From Planctomycetaceae bacterium (GTDB lineage Bacteria > Planctomycetota > Planctomycetia > Pirellulales > UBA1268), in NCBI GenBank assembly GCA_947449135.1, contig CANFQO010000005.1:24894-88893 (forward strand): a stretch of 64,000 nt of DNA, in the 5' to 3' direction. Below are positions 37,669 to 45,800 of the stretch, in pieces (the stretch's first letter is position 1; every line of letters starts with the position of its first letter). Below the pieces are notes generated by a model that was given only the letters and a program-made list of their open reading frames with translations, was not told where the DNA came from and did no database searches. Both the position numbers and the translations under genes were made by a program.

Positions 37669-38712
37669 ATGATCTCCTCGAAAGCCTACGCCGCCCTATC
37701 AGCCACCAAGCCGCTACAGCCCTTTCGCCTCGAGCGACGCGATCCGCGGCCCGACGACATCGTCATTGAGATCGCCTATTGCGGCATCTGCCACTCCGAC
37801 ATCCACACCGCCCGCGGCGAATGGGGCCCGACCGCCTACCCGTGCGTGCCGGGGCATGAAATCGTCGGCACGGTGGTCGCCACGGGCAAAAAGGTCAGAG
37901 GCTTCAAACTCGGCGACCTCGCGGGCGTGGGCTGCTTGGTGGATTCATGCGGAACGTGCAAAGCGTGCCGGGCCAGCGAGGAGCAGTTCTGCCAGAAACA
38001 CATCGCGTTCACATACAACAGCACGGAACTGGACGGAAAGACGCCCACGCAAGGCGGCTACTCCACCCACATTGTGGTCCGAGAGAAGTATGCGTTCCGG
38101 ATCAAGAAGGGAGTCCCGCTTGCCCGTGTCGCGCCGCTTTTGTGCGCCGGGATCACCACCTATTCGCCGCTCAAGCGGCACAAGATCGGAAAGGGGCACC
38201 GCGTCGGCGTGGTTGGGCTTGGTGGCCTTGGCCACATGGCGGTGAAGCTCTCACGGGCGATGGGGGCACACGTCACCGTGTTCAGCACATCGCGAAACAA
38301 GGAACGCGATGCGAAACAACTCGGGGCGAGTGATTTTGTGCTCAGCACGAAACCGGCGAATTTCGAGCCGCTGACGGGCACGCTGGATTTCATCATCGAC
38401 ACCGTGTCGGCCAAACACGACTTCACGCCATACCTCATGGCGCTGAAGAACGACGCCACCATGGTCCTCGTCGGCGCCTCGCCCCTGCCGAGCGAAGTGC
38501 TGGCTTCGTCACTCATCATGGGCCGCAAACGACTCGCGGGATCACTGATCGGCGGCGTGCGGGAGACCCAAGAGATGCTCGACTTCTGCTTCCGCAAGAA
38601 GATTTATTGCGACATCGAACTGATTCCGGCAGCAAAGATCAACGAAGCCTATGAGCGGACGATCAAGGGTGACGTGAAATATCGCTTCGTGATCGACGCC
38701 GCGACCTTTTGA
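37669..38712 (+). CDS. Zinc-dependent NAD(P)-alcohol dehydrogenase (YahK/cinnamyl-ADH-like)
   Basis: ATG at 37669. Motifs are CGICHSDIH, PGHEIVG, the structural zinc site CGTCKACRASEEQFC, and the Rossmann segment GVVGLGGLGHMAVK. Confidence 0.9.
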   Translation: MISSKAYAALSATKPLQPFRLERRDPRPDDIVIEIAYCGICHSDIHTARGEWGPTAYPCVPGHEIVGTVVATGKKVRGFKLGDLAGVGCLVDSCGTCKACRASEEQFCQKHIAFTYNSTELDGKTPTQGGYSTHIVVREKYAFRIKKGVPLARVAPLLCAGITTYSPLKRHKIGKGHRVGVVGLGGLGHMAVKLSRAMGAHVTVFSTSRNKERDAKQLGASDFVLSTKPANFEPLTGTLDFIIDTVSAKHDFTPYLMALKNDATMVLVGASPLPSEVLASSLIMGRKRLAGSLIGGVRETQEMLDFCFRKKIYCDIELIPAAKINEAYERTIKGDVKYRFVIDAATF

Positions 38713-38776
38713 TTGAGATCTCTTCTGCCGTCGAGTTCACTTCATCAGCCAACCCGCTCACGTGTCATCCCGATCC

Positions 38777-40501
38777 TCATTTGGATGAGCCTCCCGACTT
38801 CGTTGGCTTCGCGCGCCGGGTGCCGGTCTTCCGCGGCCCCGACCACTCGAGCACCTGAGCGTCGGCCAGCAGTTGGGCCCGCAGCTTCCCGTAGTCGACC
38901 GACTGCACCGGTATACCGTCGTCGATCGCGATCGAGGCCGCCGTCGCCGTTGACTGCCCCAGCACCATGAACACGGGCTCCATGCGGATCGACCCAAAGG
39001 CGATGTGGGAAGCCGCAAGACAGAACGGCACGAGCAGATTCTCACACTCATCACGCCGCGGACGGATGCTGCGGTAGCTGATCCGGTATGGAGAGACGCC
39101 CACCTGGATGTCGCCTTCATTCCGGACGGCTCCCTCCTCCGTGACATAGCGTTGGCAATGGTGGGAATCCATGTTGTAGGCCCCTAGGCCAACCGGATCC
39201 TCAGAAACTATCTCGTGCTGACAGTGGCGCTGCGTCATCACGTATTCCGACACCATCCGTCGCGCCTCACGCACATAGATTTGGTGGGGCCAGTTGTCGT
39301 TGTCGGTGAACTCGTCTCGGGCTAGACCGAGTCGTTGGAACTGCTCACGGACGTCTGGTGGCACCCGGGGATTGTTGGCCAGCGTGTACATCAGCCCCAG
39401 TTGGTAGCGACGATGCTCGGCGACGATCCGCTCCCGAGTTGCGTAGTCGGCGTCGGGATAGGCGTAGTTGGCGCCGATAAAGTCGGTGCTGATGGCGAAG
39501 TTGTTGTTGGTGTCGGTCTTCCGATTGGGCATCCAGACTGGATTCCACGGCTGCCGGTGGTCGCCAGCCTCGCAGTTTCGCAGCAGCAACTCGTAGACCT
39601 TCTCGTCGTAGCCGTCTGGCTTTAGCCAAGGACGTCGGTTCTCCGGCACATCGGTGGTGCACATGCGGAAGTTGTACGCCTGCACGCGGTGGTCGCCCTC
39701 GCCGTCGATGCCGTGCGGATCTGGAGAGACTAGCGGCAGGAGGCCGCTCGACGAATCGCCGGGCTTCACCCAGGGATCGACGTCGTGCGTGAACTGGTGC
39801 TTTTTCGCCTTGGCAATGCGCACGCCGGCGAGCGATTCTCCGTAAACATTTTCGGCCTCACGCCCCACGTGGTAAGAGACCCCGGCCTTCGCCATGAGAT
39901 CCCCCTCGTAGGTCGCGTCAATGAACATGCTGCCGGCGAACCGTCGACCGCTCTCCATGCGGATAGCCACGATCCGTCCGGCCGACATCTCGACGCCTCC
40001 GGGCTTCAGATCGAGTCGCTCGCCAGTGACCACTTCGATGCCGGTCTCGCGCAGCCAGTCGCGGTAGACCATTTCGGCGACATGCGGCTCGAACGTCCAC
40101 ATCTCTTGCTCGCCCGCCGACTTCCGCCGGTTTTCGTAGTCGTCACGAAGCTGGTGCTTCCAGGCCGCATCGGACGCATAGTGTCGGCCGATACGCCGGT
40201 AGAACTCGCGAGAAAGCCCGCCAATCGCCCCCTTGTTGCCGATGTCGGTCGCCCCCAAGCCACCGGCGGTAAGGCCACCCAGATGCTGGCTCGGCTCGAT
40301 AATAACCACCGACTTGCCGAGCTTGTGCGCCTGGATCGCCGCCACGATGCCACCGGAAGTGGCGCCGTAGACGACGATCTGCCGCGGCTCGGATTGGCCG
40401 TGGGCGGCGGTGACCGTCAGGAAGACAGCCGTAAGCAATGCGACAACGGAGACACTCTGCGCCGGTCGGCAGGCGAACGAAAACAAGACTCGGCTTGTCA
40501 T
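38777..40501 (-). CDS. Secreted FAD-dependent oxidoreductase
   Basis: Signal peptide, then the dinucleotide fold IVVYGATSGGIVAAIQAHKLGKSVVIIEP..HLGGLTAGGLG. 574 aa. Confidence 0.85.
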   Translation of the reverse strand: MTSRVLFSFACRPAQSVSVVALLTAVFLTVTAAHGQSEPRQIVVYGATSGGIVAAIQAHKLGKSVVIIEPSQHLGGLTAGGLGATDIGNKGAIGGLSREFYRRIGRHYASDAAWKHQLRDDYENRRKSAGEQEMWTFEPHVAEMVYRDWLRETGIEVVTGERLDLKPGGVEMSAGRIVAIRMESGRRFAGSMFIDATYEGDLMAKAGVSYHVGREAENVYGESLAGVRIAKAKKHQFTHDVDPWVKPGDSSSGLLPLVSPDPHGIDGEGDHRVQAYNFRMCTTDVPENRRPWLKPDGYDEKVYELLLRNCEAGDHRQPWNPVWMPNRKTDTNNNFAISTDFIGANYAYPDADYATRERIVAEHRRYQLGLMYTLANNPRVPPDVREQFQRLGLARDEFTDNDNWPHQIYVREARRMVSEYVMTQRHCQHEIVSEDPVGLGAYNMDSHHCQRYVTEEGAVRNEGDIQVGVSPYRISYRSIRPRRDECENLLVPFCLAASHIAFGSIRMEPVFMVLGQSTATAASIAIDDGIPVQSVDYGKLRAQLLADAQVLEWSGPRKTGTRRAKPTKSGGSSK

Positions 40502-40552
40502 CTGCGCGACTCGTACTCCCCGGTCGCACTCGATGTGGCGACCGACGCGATG

Positions 40553-41455
40553 CTACGCCACGTGACAGTGGGCAAGAACATCAGCTGGCGTGCTGATATA
40601 GCCGGTGTAGAACGGCCCGAACTCCGCGTATCGCGCGCTGGCCTCGTCAAACCGCATCGTGTAGACGATCTCCTTGAGAAACTCGGGGCGGCGAGCCCAG
40701 AGTGTCACGCCCCACTCCCAGTCATCAAGACCCACGCTCACGGTGATGAGCTGCGTCACACGCCCGCCAAATGTCATGCCCGTCCGGCCATGCTCTGCCA
40801 TCAGTCGGCTGCGCTCGGCGAAGGGCAAGGAAAACCAGTTCTCCCCAACCTTGCGTTTTTTGTTCATCGGATAGAAGCAGGCGTTGGGCCACGGCGGCAG
40901 TTCCGGCTCCAGACGCGCCCGCCGCATGTGGTCTTCGCGGGCGGCATAGCCCTGCACCTTCGCCTTCCACGTCGGACTGTCGCGGGTCTCCCCTTCGACG
41001 ATAAGACGCTCACCGAACTGCTCCACGGTCGGCACGTATTCGCTCACCTCCGTCAGCCCCACGAATGAATAGGTCGGCTCGATCGCCTGTCCCAGCGGCC
41101 CCGCCAGCAGTCGCTGATGCACGTCGTCGACTTTGAGCGGCGATGGGTCCATCGCCATCACTCCGAAATCGGCCTTGTGGCCTGGAACGAGCCAAGTCTG
41201 CAGCCGCGTGGGCGCCATTGCTCCGGACGGATCGAGCGCCTCGCAGAAGAGCCGCATGCCTTCCGCTCGGACCGCCGGCGCAAGGGCGGCCAGACGGGCC
41301 CGGTCAAACCGGTAGAAGAGATGACTCACGTGCCAGCCCTGTGCCGGAGATGTCGACACCTCGCTACTGGCCTGCTGACCCGGATGCTGGCTGGCATGCT
41401 GCCCCGGATGGACCGTGGCATTGGGAACGGGGCCATGGGGGGTGGTCGGCTGCAT
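40553..41455 (-). CDS. Chlorite dismutase family protein (HemQ/ChdC-like coproheme decarboxylase)
   Basis: ATG at 41455. Segments are GWHVSHLFYRF, FYPMNKKR..ENWFSLPF.ER..LM.EHG and LDDWEWGVTLWA. The track start at 41680 is GTG and adds an implausible extension. Confidence 0.8.
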   Translation of the reverse strand: MQPTTPHGPVPNATVHPGQHASQHPGQQASSEVSTSPAQGWHVSHLFYRFDRARLAALAPAVRAEGMRLFCEALDPSGAMAPTRLQTWLVPGHKADFGVMAMDPSPLKVDDVHQRLLAGPLGQAIEPTYSFVGLTEVSEYVPTVEQFGERLIVEGETRDSPTWKAKVQGYAAREDHMRRARLEPELPPWPNACFYPMNKKRKVGENWFSLPFAERSRLMAEHGRTGMTFGGRVTQLITVSVGLDDWEWGVTLWARRPEFLKEIVYTMRFDEASARYAEFGPFYTGYISTPADVLAHCHVA

Positions 41456-41721
41456 CAGCGCGGATCTCCGGCGGTGAGGGGTCGGTGGCCCCGAGATGGG
41501 GCGGACTGAGAACCGAGCGGCGTGGTTCTCCGAGGATTCCTCGGAGTGTACGCCAGGAATCCCCGCTCGCACAGCGACGCGACAGGCCACCGGCAGACGG
41601 TGCGATTTTGGATTGAAATCGATACCATACGGGGAGAGGCCGAGGGTGGAGTCGTCTGCCCACAGCTCCACCTGCGACACCGGCGGCAGTGGCCGCCCTC
41701 ACCGAAAGAGGACCGAACATC
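41456..41721. promoter_or_regulatory. Divergent intergenic region carrying several inverted repeats, upstream of the WXG-like operon
   Basis: gagaacc/ggttctc hairpin (~41510-41529). Near-palindrome ccgaggattcctcgg (41530-41544). ggattcc...ggaatcc (41534-41562). AT-richer cgattttggattgaaatcg (~41602-41620). An AAGAGGA Shine-Dalgarno-like element sits at 41705-11, before the ATG at 41722. Confidence 0.3.
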
Positions 41722-41994
41722 ATGGGACAGGTCATCGTCGATCCCGAGGAGCTGCGTCGGTTTGCGGCCCGTCTGCGATTTTTCAGCACCGAGGTGATGA
41801 CGCAGATGCAAGGGGTACAACGGCAGCTCGCAGCACTCAGCTCAAGCTGGCGCGACCAGGAACAGCAAAAGTTCACGGAGGAATTCGAGCAGCAGCTGAG
41901 CACCTTCGCCCGGTTCGTCGAAGCGACTGAAGATTACGTCCCCTACCTCATCCGCAAGGCCGAACGGGTCGAACAATACCAGCAGCAGCGCTGA
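41722..41994 (+). CDS. WXG100-like small helical protein (W-R-D variant)
   Basis: 90 aa from the ATG at 41722, which has an SD-like AAGAGGA upstream. The track gives GTG at 41689. MGQVIVDPEELRRFA...SSSWRDQEQQKFTEEFEQQL has Trp at residue 43 and a predicted helix-turn-helix length of ~90 aa. As far as I recall, it is colinear with YukE/EsxA-type proteins. Confidence 0.65.
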   Translation: MGQVIVDPEELRRFAARLRFFSTEVMTQMQGVQRQLAALSSSWRDQEQQKFTEEFEQQLSTFARFVEATEDYVPYLIRKAERVEQYQQQR

Positions 41995-42010
41995 CAGCAG
42001 CACCTGATTC

Positions 42011-42652
42011 ATGTCAACCCAGGCAGAAGTCAAATCGATCGATACGCTCGCCTTCGTGAAGGCGGCCATGGTGGCGTTTGGCCATGAAACGGGCCAATCA
42101 CTTGCCGAGGTCGAGATGCAGGCCCAACGGATCGTCGATTGGATCTGCCTCGAACAAGCCGCCTACTGGAAGACGGAGGTCCGCAAGGCGGCTGATGGCG
42201 TCAACCAGGCCATCAAAGACCTTCAGCACTGCCGCACCTACAAGAAAGTGGGCAACAACGAGCCCTCGTGCATCGAGGAAAAGAAGGCGCTCGAAAAAGC
42301 CAAGAAGAAACTCGCACGTGCCGAGGAGAAGGCGGAGGCCGTGCGGCGGTGGACGCCCGTGGTGCGTCAGCAATTCCAGGAAACGGGGGTCCGCCTGACC
42401 CGATTCCGGGAGATCATCGACGTTGACTGCCCCAAGGCCGTGGCACGGTTGGAACGGATGCTCGTCTCGCTCGACCACTATGCCCACACCTCGGCGCCGC
42501 GGGGCACTGCCGGCGGCGCAGGGGACGTGACGAAGGCATCGGTCGCGCGGCCTGCCGACGAAGCGGCCAACGCCGCGCCGCAGCCAGACCGACCACTCAT
42601 CGACACACCGACTCCGCCGAGTCCGAACGGTGGCGAAGGGAGCAGCCGATGA
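42011..42652 (+). CDS. Hypothetical helical protein (213 aa) within the WXG/FtsK-like operon
   Basis: ATG lies 16 nt after the upstream stop. Predicted to be largely alpha-helical with a KKALEKAKKKLARAEEKAEA coiled segment and a Pro/Ala-rich tail. Its stop overlaps the next start (ATGA at 42649-52). Confidence 0.65.
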   Translation: MSTQAEVKSIDTLAFVKAAMVAFGHETGQSLAEVEMQAQRIVDWICLEQAAYWKTEVRKAADGVNQAIKDLQHCRTYKKVGNNEPSCIEEKKALEKAKKKLARAEEKAEAVRRWTPVVRQQFQETGVRLTRFREIIDVDCPKAVARLERMLVSLDHYAHTSAPRGTAGGAGDVTKASVARPADEAANAAPQPDRPLIDTPTPPSPNGGEGSSR

Positions 42653-42882
42653 ATGCCGATCTTTCCAGCGGCGCGTCGAAGATGGCGCTCGCCATGAAGC
42701 AGCTCAGCCTGAAGTGGGAAGCCGCCCGGGAGACCTGGGACGATGCCACGGCCAGGGCTTTTCACAAGGAGCACATCGAACCGCTTCCCCCGCGGGTCAA
42801 GGAGACTCTCGAGGCCATCGGCCGCTTGGCAGAGGTGCTCGCCCGCGCCAGCCGCGATGTGAGCGACACCCATGATTATTGA
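42649..42882 (+). CDS. Small WXG100-like protein (W-D-D variant, 77 aa)
   Basis: ATG is preceded by GAAGGGA. ETWDDATARAFHKEHIEPL mimics the W-x-G plus aromatic segment of WXG100 proteins. Its stop overlaps the TTG start of the ATPase (TTGA at 42879-82). Confidence 0.55.
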   Translation: MNADLSSGASKMALAMKQLSLKWEAARETWDDATARAFHKEHIEPLPPRVKETLEAIGRLAEVLARASRDVSDTHDY

Positions 42883-45800
42883 TCCGACCCGCCACGGCCA
42901 CGCCGGCGGCTGACTGCAGCTTCTTCACTCTGCAAAAGCCACGCTCTCGCTCACCCTCCCCGCATCGTGCGAATCGTCTCGTCACACTCTCCCATACCGT
43001 AGATGGACCTGCTGCCTTGAATCACACAGCCTACGACCGCGACCTGCTGCGAGAACAGATCCTCCGACTCCGGAAGGCGGCCGCCGCGCGAAGCCACCTG
43101 GAGCAGGAGATCACCCTCGAGCACGAGAAGGAAACGATGGCCGCGCGGAAGCACGCGGACACGGAAACCTCCGCCTTGGAGGAGAGCTATTCCGGTGAGT
43201 CCGACGCCCTCCGCCGCGAACACGCCTCAGTGATTGAAAAAGCTGATGCCGAGGCCCTCGCCGAGCGATCGAAGCTCGACGCACAGCGCAAGGGTTTTGC
43301 CGCGACGATTGACCGGAACTGGGAGCAACAGCAGGAGCAACTCAAGGGCGACGCGCAGTTTGACGACAACTCCGCCAAGGAAGTCTTCAAGGACAAAAGG
43401 AAAGAGCCGGGGACCACCCTGCAGCGCACCGAGAAGAGTCTGGCTGCCATCGCCGCCCAACTCGGTGAGGCCGACGCCCGCAGCCTGCAGTTCCTGAAGG
43501 ACCAAGGGCTGGCAGCGGCTCTTCCCGCCCTCCCCAACACCCCTCCCGCCGAACAGGGTTCTCCGGCGTCGAACGAACCAGCATCCGCTAAGGCTGCGGC
43601 AGAGCCGCTCCCGACGGGTGCGGAACTGCTCACGCTCCTCGAGCAGCTTCGCGGCACCGTGGCCAACCAGACCACGGCACTCCTAGGGCTCAAGTCAGTG
43701 GCCACCGCTTTCTCGGGCGGCACCAAGGCGGCGGTGATCGTCCTCCCGATCCTGCTGGGGATCGTGTCCGCAGTGATGACCTACCTCCTGTTCGGCGGAA
43801 ACGCTACCACCAAGGCGATTGCCGCGTTGACGGCTTTGGCCACTGTGGCGGTCGTTGGTGTCGGGCTCGGACTATGGCTGATTGGCCGGCTTCGCCGAGC
43901 CGCCTGCAAGCAGGCTGCAGCCCTTCGGGAGGAGCTCGTTCACACCATCGATCGCACGCGTCAGTGCCTCACCGCGAGCACCGGATTCGTCAAAAAACGT
44001 CACGACGCTCAATTGGCCAAGCTCGATGCTACGTTTGCCGAGGAGTCGAAGCAGCGGAAGATGAAAACTGAGGCCGATCTCTCTGCCGCACAGCAGAAAC
44101 GTGACAAGCTTCACGCCGAACTCAACGCAAAATTCACCGGGGCCCTCGACAAAGTCCAAAAGAAGCTCGACGCCACGCGCGAGGCCGCCGAAAAGAAATA
44201 CCCAGCGCGACTGGAATCGCTCGCCACGAACCGCACCAACCGACTGCAACAGCTCGCTCAGGAACGCGACGACCGGCTGGCCGCGGCCGACCACCGACGA
44301 AACGAACGCTGGCAGCTTATGACCGACGCGTGGCGGACGGCCCGCACCGAGACGGCTGCCGTCTACGACAAGGCCACCAGCATCGACACAGCCGCATTCC
44401 AGCCTTGGAGCGCGCTGGCAACCGATGAGACCCCGTTGCCCGCGGTAGCGCCGCCAGGACTGCGATTTGGGCAGCTCGCCCTGTCGCTCGAGAGGGTGCC
44501 AGGGGGCGTGTCGTCGCGGCCCGAATTCAATGCCTTCGGGCCGGTGTCCTGGACACAGCCCGCGACCGTGCCGTTCCCGGTAGAGGCATCGCTGCTCATC
44601 AAGACCAGTGGCGACCAGAAAGAGGTGGCGTCCGAGATGATGCAAGCGATGATGCTGCGGATCGCCAGCGGCGTGCCGGCGGGCCAGACCCGCTTCACGA
44701 TCATCGACCCACTCGGCCTCGGCAAACAGTTCGCGGGGTTCATGCACCTCGCCGATTACGACGAACTGCTCGTCACCAGCCGGATCTGGACGGAACCACC
44801 GCAGATCGAGCAATGCCTGGCCGACATCACCGAACAGATCGAACTGGTGATTCAGAAATATCTGCGAAACGAATACGAATCGATCGGCGACTACAACGCC
44901 GACGCCGAGGTGCCAGAGCCCTATCGTTTCGTCGTGGTGGCGAACTTCCCGGCCAACTTCAACGAAACCAGTGCCCGCCGGCTGGCGAGTATCGCCGCCT
45001 CCGGCGCGCGGTGCGGCGTCTACACGATCGTCTCGGTCGACACCTCGCAGCACATGCCTTCCAACTTCAATATCGCCGACATCGAACAGCACGCGACCAC
45101 GCTCGTGCTCAAGGATGGCGTCTACACCTGGAATGACCCCGAGTTTGGCAAATGGCCGCTCGCCGTGGAGCAACCGCCATCGGACGAGTTGTTCACCAAG
45201 ATCATCCAGCGAGTTGGCAAGGCGGCCAAGGCAGCCAAGCGGGTGGAGGTGCCTTTCGACCGCGTGGCGCCCAAGGAAGAGGACTGGTGGACGGGAAGCA
45301 CCGCCACCGAAGTGCTTGCCCCGCTGGGTCCCGCGGGTGCCAAGAAGCTTCAGTATATGAAGCTCGGCAAAGGCACGAGCCAGCACGCGCTGATCGCCGG
45401 AAAGACGGGCTCCGGCAAGTCAACGCTCATGCACGCGTTGATCACGAGCCTGGCGCTCAATTACAGCCCGAACGAGATTCAGTTCTACCTGATCGACTTC
45501 AAGAAGGGCGTCGAGTTCAAGCTCTACGACCACTACCGTCTGCCGCACGCACGGGTGATCGCGATCGAGAGCGAGCGCGAATTTGGCCTATCGGTGCTCG
45601 AGCAACTCGACCGCGAACTGAAGCGCCGCGGCGACCTGTTCCGAGAATTCGCGGTGCAGGACGTCGCCGGTTTCCGCCAGTCGGGCAATGGTGAACCGAT
45701 GCCTCGCATCCTCCTCATCATCGACGAGTTCCAGGAAATCTTCGTCGAGGACGACAAGATCGCCCAGGATGCATCCTTGATTCTCGACCGTCTGGTGCGG

